A stretch of DNA of 56,582 nucleotides, taken from a virus. Its lineage: Duplodnaviria > Caudoviricetes. Below, one piece after another: positions 17,567 through 27,438 of this stretch. The notes under the pieces were generated by a model. It had not been told where the DNA came from and made no database searches. It saw only the letters and a list, made by a program, of their open reading frames with translations. The DNA lies in the IMG/VR virus record IMGVR_UViG_3300025889_000144, positions 1 through 56,582 of that record. One strand, given 5' to 3'. The number at the start of each line of letters is the position of its first letter. The first letter of the stretch is position 1. Both the position numbers and the translations under genes were made by a program.

Positions 17567-18391
17567 ATGGTATTTATCGCTGGCAAATTTTCGGCTGATG
17601 AAATTCTCTGCCAAGTCCCACCGCACACGCTCCGGATCGATCTTCAAAGCCGCTATTGGAAATCCGATACTGACAGCGAAGCGGCGATCGTCGACAGTAA
17701 CGGGAATGGGATACCGATTTCGTTTGTCCTTCTCGGCTTCACGCCGTACTTCGGCAACCTCGGTATGCGATCGCATGAAGAGTTTATTCGTATTGCTTAC
17801 ATTGGTGTTACACCTAACCATCGTCTGCTGCCACCTCGCTGTGTATGCACTAGCATCATCAGTGGCAAATCGTCTCAGAGGAACTTCATCTCGTACTTCC
17901 AGACGCTCTATAACAACCGTATTAACGTAGGTGAGGTTGTCACTGAAACCAAGTTCGTTCAAAAATCTTTCAACGAACGTGATCCAATGACTGGGGCGGA
18001 CGGCGCAAAGATCAACTACAACGTTTTAGAGTTCAGGGATCGTCCTGCTCAAACGGATGAAGAGCAAAAGCTCATCGAAGACATCAGTAATTGGCTCGAC
18101 GCTGGTTCAGGAGATCTGGTGGCATCTGCTCTACGCAGTACTATCTCCGGCGCTCATCTGGTTGAGCTTCCTCTTGGAGAAGACCACACGGCCATTAAGG
18201 AGGCTTTCATCGAAGCTAATCCGAAACGGCTAGAAGGATCCGCCCCGGCTGGCCTCGCTGCTCTGCCTGCAGGCGCGGGTGCACCAGGCTCTAAAGCTGA
18301 AGCTCCACCCGAACCCAAAAAGGCTACGGGTAAAAAAGAGCTGACGGAAGATCAAAAAGCTGCGCTTAAAGCTGCAGGACTTGATTTTTAA
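17567..18391 (+). CDS. hypothetical replication/recombination protein
   Basis: 274 aa, adjacent to SSB, low-complexity tail ending LDF, followed by terminator. Confidence 0.75.
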   Translation: MVFIAGKFSADEILCQVPPHTLRIDLQSRYWKSDTDSEAAIVDSNGNGIPISFVLLGFTPYFGNLGMRSHEEFIRIAYIGVTPNHRLLPPRCVCTSIISGKSSQRNFISYFQTLYNNRINVGEVVTETKFVQKSFNERDPMTGADGAKINYNVLEFRDRPAQTDEEQKLIEDISNWLDAGSGDLVASALRSTISGAHLVELPLGEDHTAIKEAFIEANPKRLEGSAPAGLAALPAGAGAPGSKAEAPPEPKKATGKKELTEDQKAALKAAGLDF

Positions 18392-18416
18392 GCTACACTA
18401 AGCATGGTCTCCTTTT

Positions 18417-18444
18417 AAGGGCGCTAACAAAGGCGCCCTTTTTT
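18417..18444 (+). terminator. intrinsic terminator
   Basis: AAGGGCGCT-AACAAA-GGCGCCCTT then T run, between convergent genes. Confidence 0.8.
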
Positions 18445-18448
18445 GTGC

Positions 18449-18682
18449 CTACAGTTCGAGGAGGTCTCCAAAAGACGGGAGGTGCACCCCGTAAGCCACG
18501 CAGTATTTGATTATGTTTTCCAGAAGTTTTGCGCGAATCAAGTAGTTGGCGTAGACAACCTCAAGTACTTCACGAGCTTCTTTACGGCTAAGCTTATCCA
18601 TGCCATCCAAGAAGGCACGGTGTGTGAACTGCTGCTCAAGCGTTAAGTGAGATCGCAGCTTGTCTACTAGCTCCTCCGCCAT
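18449..18682 (-). CDS. nblA: NblA-like phycobilisome degradation adaptor
   Basis: LTLEQQF...DKLSRKEAREVLEVVY..YLIR..L matches the NblA pattern L[ST]LEQQF...S.[DE].A...L...Y.....R. Confidence 0.8.
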   Translation of the reverse strand: MAEELVDKLRSHLTLEQQFTHRAFLDGMDKLSRKEAREVLEVVYANYLIRAKLLENIIKYCVAYGVHLPSFGDLLEL

Positions 18683-19217
18683 GACAAATTTCTATCGTGT
18701 CCCTCGTTACATCTTTGATCCTATCCGGAATGCCGGCTTGGTTGAAGGTGCGGTTCTTTTACCGTTTGACCCCCAAGGAGCTTTAGAAAAACAGGTCCGT
18801 AAGGCGCAGGTGACGGAAGTCATCAGCAACTCTTGCGAGGAAAACCTCGTAGATCTTGATTGGTGGTCGCAGCAAAAAGGGACAATCGACTGGGTTGTGG
18901 CAATCACCCAGGGAATGAAGGACTACACGAAGTGGATAACTGAATGTGGACTACAAGCGGCTAGAAAAGGTGTGTGCGTTTTAGATAGACTCACATTCCT
19001 CGAGCCGACGCGAGCACGCGAAGATTTCTTAAAAGACGCATCTCTCACAAACATTAAGATCTTGAGCCCAAGGCCATCATTCCGTGCGGATGGTACTAAT
19101 TCAAAAGATCCTGTGACTTCTGCGTGGTTTATATTTCAGAAACCCGGAGCTGCTCAAGTCAGTACAACGATCGATTTCGAAGTAAATTGGCACCGCCCAC
19201 AAGACCTCAAGCTATGA
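18681..19217 (+). CDS. amino-methyltransferase-like protein with degenerate motifs
   Basis: FYRVP, RLTFLEP, RPSFRADG, D...AWFIF recall a phage N6-MTase family; no NPPY/F present. Confidence 0.65.
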   Translation: MTNFYRVPRYIFDPIRNAGLVEGAVLLPFDPQGALEKQVRKAQVTEVISNSCEENLVDLDWWSQQKGTIDWVVAITQGMKDYTKWITECGLQAARKGVCVLDRLTFLEPTRAREDFLKDASLTNIKILSPRPSFRADGTNSKDPVTSAWFIFQKPGAAQVSTTIDFEVNWHRPQDLKL

Positions 19218-19534
19218 GCAAGCGGCTCTTTCGACGACTAGATCAACTAATCGAGCTCCAGAAAGAAAATAACCGACAGCTCGATAAGATCACTGCATTG
19301 CTTGTAGGTCAACAGCTTCTCACAGAATGCGTAGACTATAAAGGTAACGCACGTACTCCTGAAGACTGCGCAGAGATAACCATAGAAGGTTTCTCAGCTG
19401 CTCTTTGTTTAATGGGAGAACTCGACCAAAGAAATCGTGACTATCAATATCAGAAGAGTGAATTCTTTTTAGACAGTGATGATGAAGACGAAGATGAAGA
19501 AGGTGATGGTCCCGTTACGTCGAGTTCGTTCTAA
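19214..19534 (+). CDS. hypothetical protein with acidic tail
   Basis: ATGA-coupled start at 19214. Confidence 0.7.
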   Translation: MSKRLFRRLDQLIELQKENNRQLDKITALLVGQQLLTECVDYKGNARTPEDCAEITIEGFSAALCLMGELDQRNRDYQYQKSEFFLDSDDEDEDEEGDGPVTSSSF

Positions 19535-19560
19535 TATATTTAGGAATTGACACGATAATT

Positions 19561-20340
19561 GTGTCCGATACAAGAGTAACGATCAACGGATTAAGGCATT
19601 ATCTCTGTGATGGTGTTCCTAGACCACTACCGTCCGTAACATCTGTTCTTAGCGCCACTCAAACTGAGACGACGCGAAAGAAGCTAGCCCACTGGAATCT
19701 TATGAATCCAGGGGCTGCTGATGCTGCGGCAACTAGAGGTACGTGGATTCACAACAGCGTAGAAGATTATCTACGTGGACTTAAGGTAATACCATCAGAA
19801 CAATACAAGCCTTACTGGGAAGGAGTTCCGGAACTGCTAGATGACCTTTTAGAAGGAGGTCGCGTGCTCTGGAGCGAAAAACCATTTAACCAACCACGCT
19901 GGTCCAAATACGTCGGCGACGACGGAGTCGGGCGCATACACTATTACGATGAGTCTACAGGTCACGGTTACGCTGGTTGTTGTGACTTGATCTACATGAA
20001 CTCGAACGCTGAGATCGTGCTGGCTGATTTCAAGACCAGCAACGGTCCTTACTCAGCTAGGTTCCCAAATAAGAGCCAGAACATCGATGAAAAAACTAAA
20101 AAAGCTCTTATCTCAGGCGTCTTTAAAACCAAAAAGACAAAGCTTCAGCTAGCAGCTTACAAATTAGCGGCAGAAGCGTGCCTCGGGATTAAGATAGTTA
20201 AGACGCAAATTATCGTTACTACCGCCATCAAAGAGTTCAATACTCAGATATTTACGTTTGGCTCTGAAGAAGTTGAAAAGGATTGTGAGAGTTGGCTTCA
20301 AGTTCTAAAAAACTACTACGAACTTCACCCACCGGCGTAG
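19561..20340 (+). CDS. PD-(D/E)XK exonuclease
   Basis: PSVTSVL, RGTWIH, YAGCCD...ADFKT, QLAAY. Confidence 0.85.
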   Translation: MSDTRVTINGLRHYLCDGVPRPLPSVTSVLSATQTETTRKKLAHWNLMNPGAADAAATRGTWIHNSVEDYLRGLKVIPSEQYKPYWEGVPELLDDLLEGGRVLWSEKPFNQPRWSKYVGDDGVGRIHYYDESTGHGYAGCCDLIYMNSNAEIVLADFKTSNGPYSARFPNKSQNIDEKTKKALISGVFKTKKTKLQLAAYKLAAEACLGIKIVKTQIIVTTAIKEFNTQIFTFGSEEVEKDCESWLQVLKNYYELHPPA

Positions 20341-20442
20341 AATCAAACCCACTCGGAGGCGCCCCACGACAGGGTTCTTCAACCTGTCTTAAGGTTCGCC
20401 TGCCCCAAAATAGGCCATACTAGAGGCGCTCAGCGACATCCC

Positions 20443-23220
20443 ATGAAGTTCATTTGCTCTGTAAACCTCGGGGTCGTTCCTCACCTAGACCCTGAGCTGG
20501 GCAAGATCGCGAGCGGCGGGAACTTCACAGCCTTCAACTCAGGCTGGGACTCATCTGAGTTAGATACGTCTGAACTCGCTGAAATTTTAGGCAAGCAAGC
20601 TGGCTTGTGTGCGTGGCACCTGCAGGACGGCAAGCGGCAAAAGAATCAAACTGGAGTTATCAAAGCTGGTTTGATTATTGTCGATATCGACAATCAAGCA
20701 GATCACAAAGATGAGAATGGAAATAAAGTTCAGAAACAAGAACTCACAGTAGAACAGGCACTACAACTTGACATTTGTAAGAAGTATTTAACTCTGGGCT
20801 ACTACAGCCCATCGACCTCCGAAGGGTGGCCACGCTTCCGCTTGGTTTTTGGCCTCGAACATACGGTCATCAACCCTGCTTTTTATCAGTGGTTCTGCAA
20901 ACAAATTTACTCTCAGATACCTGGCTCTGACGTCAGGGCGACGACAATACCGAACCTTTTCTACGGACCCAAAAACCCAGAGGCAATTTTCGCCAAACCG
21001 GGACGCTTCATCCCGACCGAGAAAATTGACGAAGCGATTAGGGCATTTGCCGCACTGCCTCCCGACGAAACCGACTTAGGTGGAGATCCGATTGAGTCCC
21101 TAAACCAGGTAACCCTCCGTGAAAACGGAATGGATCTGGTCCGCCTAGTCTCCAACACGGTTCGTTCAGTTCTTGAAGGCGAGGAAGTAGGTGACCGCAG
21201 CTCGACAATGGCTGCAGTATTTAAAGAACTGCTTGGCTGGGCTAACTGGTGCACGGCGAACGAGATAGCTCTATGCGTATCACCGTTGACAGTGGCACAA
21301 GATGCGTTCTATAATATCTATGGTTACCCGCACGACATCGATGGTAAGTTTGAGCGCATCCTGAACTCCATCAGGAATCCCGAGGAGCTCCAGCCCGCAG
21401 TATCACTGGCTTCCGAGCTCGGTGAGCTAGGCACCTGGAAAAAGATCCGACGAATCAGTCGATCTGTCTTCGATACCCACGCCTCGAACGAGGTTAAGGC
21501 AGCTCTCGAACAAGCCAAGCGTGAGGCAGCAGTCAACGCTGTCCTCGATATGTCTGAATTTGACCTCAGCTCCCCGGAGCCTGAGACAACAACATCAAAA
21601 CCCAAATCAAAAGTCAAAACTAAAGAGCAGGAAATGAACGTTCCTTCTACTCCGAGTCAGCTTGTCAGCCTCCAAGGCGGCACCAAAAACCGCGAGTTTT
21701 CAGAGAATGACGTAGCCGACATCATCGTCACCAACCAAGGCGATCAGTTTATATACGACAGCTACTTAGATCAGTTCTACCACTACGACGACGATCAGGA
21801 CATTTGGTACCACCAGGACGAGCAGCACATCAAACGCCGCATCGTTAAGGCGCTCGACTCCTTTGTGATTGCTGGGGTCCTCGCCAAGTACAACGCGGCG
21901 ATGATCAACAGCGTATTCTCAATCCTGAAGGCCAAACTTCTGAAATCTGCAGACGGAGGTCGCCGAAGCATCTGGACTAAGTCCCGTGGCTACATCCCGT
22001 TTAAAAACGGTGTGCTCGACACAACGACGCTCGAGTTTGAGGAAGGCCAGCACAAAGAACTGTATCTTCGTCACAAGCTGCCTTATGAATACAACGCCAA
22101 GGCACAGTGCCCAGAGTTCATGCGCTGGATCACCTCAGCGCTAGATAAAGGGCAAGAGGTTTTGATCCAAGCTTTCGCTCGAGCACTACTGACCGGATAC
22201 ACCGCAGGCGAACGCTTCCTTCATCTGGTGGGTCCTGGTGGCACGGGTAAGTCGACCATGCAGCAGCTAATGGTGGCTCTCGCTGGTTTCCACGGCACTC
22301 ACACGTCCAGCCTGGAGGTAATCGAAACAAACAAGTTCGAGAGCTACAACCTCATCGGCAAGAAACTTCTGCTGCTGACGGATGAATCGAACTACAACCG
22401 CCGCATGGACGTGCTCAAGAAGCTGACCTCGGCTTCTGACACGCTGCGTGCTGAGCGTAAGTACGGCAAAGAAATCATCAGCTTCAAGCCTGAGTGTTTG
22501 GTTTGTATCGCCAGTAACGAGCACATCACATCAAACGACTCCAGCAGCGGCCTCGAGCGTCGTCGACTCACCATTGTGATGGATAAGGTCGTTGACCCGA
22601 GCCTGCGCAAAGAACTGATCAGCGTGTTCGACGACCACATCGAAGGCGCTTTTGTGCCTGAGATGAGTGGCATCGTGACTTGGGCACTGTCGATGGACTA
22701 CGCCACGATGAAAGATGTCTTAGCTAACCCGACTAAGCACGTCCCTTCTCTCAACCGCACCAACATCGAAGCGCTGCTGTTCAACAATCAGTTCGTGGCG
22801 TGGCTGCACGACTGCTGCCTGTACGCTCCAAACACAGTGACTCCTGTCGGCCAGGGTGCACGTAAGCCCAATACGGATGAAGCCGAAAAAGGTATGTACG
22901 TGGCTAACGCGTATGGTGCCTTGTATCCCAGCTATGCCAACTTCTGCAAGTCATGTGGATACAAACCAGCAGCCAAGCACCGTTTCGTAGAGCGTACTAA
23001 GGAAGCAATGGTGAACATCTTGAAGCTGCCAAATGTGAAGATAGTATTGAACGATGGCGTTGCTGGCATTAAAGGGCTGCGAATCAAGGCGTATGACCTA
23101 CAATCCGACCGTGCAGCAAAAGGTCCAGAGCGACTCCCCAGCCCTGTGGAGTTTGCTCAAGACACAAGCAGCAACCGCTGGGATACAGCTTTCCAAAAAC
23201 ATGATCCGGCTAAATCCTAA
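20443..23220 (+). CDS. primase-helicase (N-terminal primase domain + D5/P4-type SF3 helicase)
   Basis: VDIDN and PRFRLVF in N-terminus; PFKNGVLD, Walker A GPGGTGKST, LTDE, ASN, RRRL. Confidence 0.9.
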   Translation: MKFICSVNLGVVPHLDPELGKIASGGNFTAFNSGWDSSELDTSELAEILGKQAGLCAWHLQDGKRQKNQTGVIKAGLIIVDIDNQADHKDENGNKVQKQELTVEQALQLDICKKYLTLGYYSPSTSEGWPRFRLVFGLEHTVINPAFYQWFCKQIYSQIPGSDVRATTIPNLFYGPKNPEAIFAKPGRFIPTEKIDEAIRAFAALPPDETDLGGDPIESLNQVTLRENGMDLVRLVSNTVRSVLEGEEVGDRSSTMAAVFKELLGWANWCTANEIALCVSPLTVAQDAFYNIYGYPHDIDGKFERILNSIRNPEELQPAVSLASELGELGTWKKIRRISRSVFDTHASNEVKAALEQAKREAAVNAVLDMSEFDLSSPEPETTTSKPKSKVKTKEQEMNVPSTPSQLVSLQGGTKNREFSENDVADIIVTNQGDQFIYDSYLDQFYHYDDDQDIWYHQDEQHIKRRIVKALDSFVIAGVLAKYNAAMINSVFSILKAKLLKSADGGRRSIWTKSRGYIPFKNGVLDTTTLEFEEGQHKELYLRHKLPYEYNAKAQCPEFMRWITSALDKGQEVLIQAFARALLTGYTAGERFLHLVGPGGTGKSTMQQLMVALAGFHGTHTSSLEVIETNKFESYNLIGKKLLLLTDESNYNRRMDVLKKLTSASDTLRAERKYGKEIISFKPECLVCIASNEHITSNDSSSGLERRRLTIVMDKVVDPSLRKELISVFDDHIEGAFVPEMSGIVTWALSMDYATMKDVLANPTKHVPSLNRTNIEALLFNNQFVAWLHDCCLYAPNTVTPVGQGARKPNTDEAEKGMYVANAYGALYPSYANFCKSCGYKPAAKHRFVERTKEAMVNILKLPNVKIVLNDGVAGIKGLRIKAYDLQSDRAAKGPERLPSPVEFAQDTSSNRWDTAFQKHDPAKS

Positions 23221-23776
23221 TTTGACACTGGCTGTAGCCGCTTCGGCTGCTGTCGGCATCACCACAGCGATTACAGCACCTCAGTTTGTAGGCGCTTCAC
23301 TTGCATTTGCCGGGGGCCTGATAGGGGGTGCCGGAATTGGGAGGGAGCGGGCGCTTCGCCAAAAACGAAACGAGGAAGCTGCGACGAGGGTAACTGCGTG
23401 CTTTACAGCCTTGTACGAAGCCAATCGTGGTGTTGTAGACCCTATGCAACTTGGGATCCTTGCGAACATCCCCGGAGATCAGGCTCACTCGTTCTTGACT
23501 GGACTAGCTGAAACCACGAACGGGCAGAAAATCACCGTAAAACAAGGTGCCGGCGTTATCTTCGCTTTCCCTCACTCACAATCAGCCCTCGACGAGCTGA
23601 CGGTAAACGCTCGCAAGTGGGCTGAGGCTCAAACACAGCAGTTGAGTGCCGAGTTAAATCAGCACAGGCAAGCTCTGCAGTACATCCAGCTTCAGCAAGC
23701 TGCCGCAGCGGTCCCTAAGACACCTGCCCCTAGTATCGAACCTAGTCCCTGGGAGAACGTAGCACCTCCGGCTTAG
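23201..23776 (+). CDS. membrane-anchored hypothetical protein
   Basis: ATG 23201; two N-terminal hydrophobic segments. Confidence 0.7.
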   Translation: MIRLNPNLTLAVAASAAVGITTAITAPQFVGASLAFAGGLIGGAGIGRERALRQKRNEEAATRVTACFTALYEANRGVVDPMQLGILANIPGDQAHSFLTGLAETTNGQKITVKQGAGVIFAFPHSQSALDELTVNARKWAEAQTQQLSAELNQHRQALQYIQLQQAAAAVPKTPAPSIEPSPWENVAPPA

Positions 23777-23840
23777 TTATCACTATGACTCACTACGAGA
23801 TCGGCGCCATCAAAATCGGCTAGCTAACACTGAACTACCC

Positions 23841-24146
23841 ATGAAAGAATCAAAGCGCACAAGTCGGTGGGTCGATTTGGAGGAGTATGACCACACCGCT
23901 AAAGGAGACGATTTCCTAGAGGTGACTGAGTGGTCGAATGGTGAGGGGTTTGATCTCCACATCAGCCGTGGTGAACAGGCGATCTCACTAACCTGGGGCG
24001 AATTCACTGCTATGCAGAAAGCGCTGGGCGACTGGTTCGATCAACCCAGCTCCACGTGCCCTCACATCGTCAGCTCTGATGAAGGCACCAGCTACTGCCG
24101 ATTAGCAGAAAAAACAGCTGTATTACTAGAGAAGTTACGTGCCTGA
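23841..24146 (+). CDS. phage hypothetical protein
   Basis: 101 aa; EVTEWSNGEGFD motif recalled from other phage hypotheticals. Confidence 0.7.
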   Translation: MKESKRTSRWVDLEEYDHTAKGDDFLEVTEWSNGEGFDLHISRGEQAISLTWGEFTAMQKALGDWFDQPSSTCPHIVSSDEGTSYCRLAEKTAVLLEKLRA

Positions 24147-24263
24147 CCCGAACTTGAAGCCCAGTAGTCACCTTCGCTAAGATATTTACCGATAGAGCCT
24201 GAGCCCCTGCTGCGTCCTTATGAGACGCATCACGCTCAGGTCATCAAACTCTTAATCCTCTTT

Positions 24264-24962
24264 TTACTGAGGCAAGTAGCGAATAAAGTCCCAACCTTTT
24301 AACGAGGGATCTTCCGATTGCTTAATCGCTTTAACAACAGTCGGCAGCTCACGAGCTAAGCGGTACCCAATCGAACGAGCGATTTCACGATGCTCCTTCT
24401 GGGTGTCGTCTTTGCCGCGCAGGCCAACGTAATGAATAAAGCTGCGGATTGTGCCGCTCATGTGCATACGCGTAGGTGTGTACAAGGGCAAAATATTTCG
24501 AGCACACTCACGCGCCACGCCGGCGTCGAGCATCTCGTTGTACAACCCTTGAATCTGACTATCGACAATCTCGAGCCGCTCCCAGAACGACTCACACATA
24601 TAGAGCGGTAGACGCTCCACACTGCTCTGGCGATTCTTTTGAGCTTGGAACCTCAGTTCGAACTGAAACGGTTTTTCTTCAAGCTCTAAGGTCTCACTAG
24701 GTGCGCAATACCTTTGAGAGAGTTCCTGGAATACGAAGCTTCTATGTCGAAGGATCTGCGGCGAGATTGCCCTGGTCGTTGAGATTTCAAAGCTCGCAGA
24801 CGCTTGCTCGTAAACTGACCAGTGAGCGTGTTTGATGCAGTACGTTAAAAGTTTCTCGTATTCTTCGCGGTCAGGATCTTTAGTAGAAACCCTGGCGTGT
24901 CTTGCGATTACTTTTTCCGCATCCTGTGTGATCCAATCCAGGTCAGCGGAATGTAGCTGCAT
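24264..24962 (-). CDS. thyX: flavin-dependent thymidylate synthase
   Basis: HWSVYEQ, RHRSFVFQELSQRY, ECARNILP, TQKEHR. Confidence 0.95.
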   Translation of the reverse strand: MQLHSADLDWITQDAEKVIARHARVSTKDPDREEYEKLLTYCIKHAHWSVYEQASASFEISTTRAISPQILRHRSFVFQELSQRYCAPSETLELEEKPFQFELRFQAQKNRQSSVERLPLYMCESFWERLEIVDSQIQGLYNEMLDAGVARECARNILPLYTPTRMHMSGTIRSFIHYVGLRGKDDTQKEHREIARSIGYRLARELPTVVKAIKQSEDPSLKGWDFIRYLPQ

Positions 24963-25102
24963 TAGCTGCGTGGGAACGTCTGCTGGAAACGAAGCCTAGC
25001 AGTGATCTCACTCGGATTAGATACCATCCGAGCCAAATCTTTAGGCCCCCAGCCGAGTTTCATGCCTGCCATGCGGATAGTATCGGCACCCTGCGTAATC
25101 AT
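24962..25102 (-). CDS. small hypothetical protein (RMAG motif)
   Basis: 46-aa ORF coupled to both neighbours (ATGA and TAATG overlaps). Confidence 0.65.
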   Translation of the reverse strand: MITQGADTIRMAGMKLGWGPKDLARMVSNPSEITARLRFQQTFPRS

Positions 25103-25614
25103 TTTGCAGCTTTCGTAGGGAGTTGAAGGGGAAGAGTCCCTGGCGTGTTGTAACTGTTAGGCATCATCGCCGCGCTAGGATCAGGCGCGTTCAGAAAATT
25201 CTGCTGAGGCATCGATGTAAGAATCTTGAGCTGATTACGAAGCTCAGGATTAAGAGTATTTTGCGTTTTAACGAGATATTCGCCTTTACTTAAGTCAGCA
25301 GCTCGATCGGGAATAACAAGGTTGTCTCGATGGTTGTAACCAGCAGGCCCTGTCAACTGCTGACTCGGGACAATATTACTTGCTTGAACGTCAGTAGGTC
25401 CCACGGGTTCGCGGACATACTCACCGCGATCACGTTGATATTGGGAGTAAACGCGATTGACGTTATCGAGTTGAGTAGCTCGATTAAGCTCAATCATCTC
25501 GGGAGTGTTCTGGTACAGCGCGGGAACTGCTGTAGCCAGGCTTCCAAGCGGCTTTACACGCTCAGCCATCGGGCCAAGACCGCCGGGACGCTGTAAAAAG
25601 TTTTGGCCGTTCAT
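25099..25614 (-). CDS. hypothetical late protein
   Basis: 171-aa Pro/Gln/Asn-rich ORF. Confidence 0.7.
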   Translation of the reverse strand: MNGQNFLQRPGGLGPMAERVKPLGSLATAVPALYQNTPEMIELNRATQLDNVNRVYSQYQRDRGEYVREPVGPTDVQASNIVPSQQLTGPAGYNHRDNLVIPDRAADLSKGEYLVKTQNTLNPELRNQLKILTSMPQQNFLNAPDPSAAMMPNSYNTPGTLPLQLPTKAAK

Positions 25615-25628
25615 GAGTTTAGTTTAAC

Positions 25629-25862
25629 TCAATCTGGGTTACGAGTACGATTTCGAGAAGCATCAATAGCTCTCAAATTACCCGGCTCATTATTATGCGG
25701 ATTCCCATCTTTATGATCGACATCTTTACCATCACCCTTACGGACCCTGCCTTCGCGCATCATAAAACGCCGCGCTTTATTACGAGCAGCGCGACGCTTC
25801 TTTACTTTCTCAGTACCATCGTAGTTCTCGTATTCTTTTTTATAGTCTCGCTTATACGTCAT
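25629..25862 (-). CDS. small HNH endonuclease-like protein
   Basis: RDYKKEY...DVDHKDGNPHNN..NL......NR. Confidence 0.8.
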   Translation of the reverse strand: MTYKRDYKKEYENYDGTEKVKKRRAARNKARRFMMREGRVRKGDGKDVDHKDGNPHNNEPGNLRAIDASRNRTRNPD

Positions 25863-25877
25863 CAGCTCGCTAAGTTT

Positions 25878-26111
25878 TTACAATTCTAATCCAGCTCGGA
25901 ACAGCTCAGCTACGTCCATCCCACGGCGGGTCACAAGGTGCCTGCAGAACTCAGCAATATCTGACTGAAATCGCTGAAACAGACCGGTATAGCAACCATT
26001 GCCCGGAGCATAGAACTCATACAAAGCATCCAAGAAATCTGCTTTGCTCTGCTCGTCATCTACGGACCAGTTCTCCAAGATCTTCAGATAGTCGAAATCA
26101 GGAGCCGGCAT
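25878..26111 (-). CDS. hypothetical protein
   Basis: 77-aa ORF in operon. Confidence 0.65.
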   Translation of the reverse strand: MPAPDFDYLKILENWSVDDEQSKADFLDALYEFYAPGNGCYTGLFQRFQSDIAEFCRHLVTRRGMDVAELFRAGLEL

Positions 26112-26140
26112 AAGGGAGCGGTTGGGGGTCTCACTCTAAC

Positions 26141-27376
26141 TCACTTGGCTTGGATGATCCAGCCAGACTTGGCGCCTTCGACCAGGAAACGAGGGCCGAG
26201 ATTTTTCTTGGAGTACAGCCGATACTTCCCGTCAGTAGAGACATAACCGCCACTCACGAGGTCCATTTCACCAAAGGGGTCATGTATCCAGAGCTTCGTT
26301 TTATCTTCCGTGACGCCCACGCAGCAGATCCAATGCCCTCCCCCAACTGGATTAGAAACGGGTCCTTTATGGAGAACCCCCATAGGGACAGGTATTCCTT
26401 TTTTAAGTTGAGATTCGATTAAAGCCCAATCAGCATTTTGAACAAAATTGGCGTCAACGCCGAAATGCTTGAGGGCTCCAAGCTGAGCAGAAGCCTCTGT
26501 AGTGTCACCATACTTATAAACTTCGTTTATATACTCGTCGTCACCATCGATCGCATCAGGATCTAAAGACGCCAAAAGCATGGCGCAACTGCTAGAGAAG
26601 CAGGTACGCATAGGGTCTTTTTTATTATCTCGTTGGCTGAAATAAGGAACAACGAGCTTTATCTCACCATCTAAGACAGGTGGCCCTTCTTGCGTTTGCG
26701 CATCATTGATTATCTTCCAGTGATCGGGGAAGATCCACCACTCTCTGTCAGGCTGCGCTTCTAAAAACACACGGTGGTGTGTCTCACCCGAAAACATTCG
26801 AATCTCAGACCATTGCCAAGCACTGCCTTTGGGTACGAACAGTTTCTCCTCTGCTGAAAGCGAGGCAGAGTCCGCAGGGCGTCGCTTGAGCCAGGTGTCG
26901 CGCTTGGCAAGAATCGACTTACTCAAGAGAGGGTGCTTACTCTTCTCCAAGAATAAAGCTTTCTCAGCCTCTCTTCGACGTACTAAACCAGGAACAGGTT
27001 CATCGCCACCTGCCTTAACCCAACGATCAAACTCACCAGCTACAACTTTGCGATCGGCACCGTGATTTAGGAGTTTCAATAAGGTGCTATTTACAAAAGC
27101 AGTAGGACCAACATTGAAAGTGAAAGAAACTAACGAGTCATACTCGTTTTGATTTATTTTGACGGATACAAAACTACTTACAGTTTGCTGAGCACTTTCG
27201 GTGTCTTTCCACAGCAGTCGTTCTGCTTCCTCTTCTGTAATCTGCTGGTTTGGGTATACGTCTGGACCTGTATGTCCGTAACCAATAGTTAGAACACCAG
27301 CCGGACAGATGTAACTTTTTAAACGTATACCCTCAAACTTTTTGATTAAATCTATACCCTTCTGAGAAACACGCAT
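26141..27376 (-). CDS. endolysin: GH24 lysozyme + C39-like peptidase
   Basis: KKFEG...YICPAGVLTIGYGHT, FTFNVG, GLVRRREAE; VPYFSQRD, CFSSSCAM, GGHW, IHDPFG. Confidence 0.92.
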   Translation of the reverse strand: MRVSQKGIDLIKKFEGIRLKSYICPAGVLTIGYGHTGPDVYPNQQITEEEAERLLWKDTESAQQTVSSFVSVKINQNEYDSLVSFTFNVGPTAFVNSTLLKLLNHGADRKVVAGEFDRWVKAGGDEPVPGLVRRREAEKALFLEKSKHPLLSKSILAKRDTWLKRRPADSASLSAEEKLFVPKGSAWQWSEIRMFSGETHHRVFLEAQPDREWWIFPDHWKIINDAQTQEGPPVLDGEIKLVVPYFSQRDNKKDPMRTCFSSSCAMLLASLDPDAIDGDDEYINEVYKYGDTTEASAQLGALKHFGVDANFVQNADWALIESQLKKGIPVPMGVLHKGPVSNPVGGGHWICCVGVTEDKTKLWIHDPFGEMDLVSGGYVSTDGKYRLYSKKNLGPRFLVEGAKSGWIIQAK

Positions 27377-27438
27377 CGGTCAAATCCTGCCCTTAAATAC
27401 TCTGGCAGAACCTGACCGATTACGGCGTGAAGTTTTAA

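Noticed and set aside
20340-20442. tRNA in the intergenic gap
   Set aside because: Only one short stem (GACAGG/CCTGTC); no cloverleaf or CCA end
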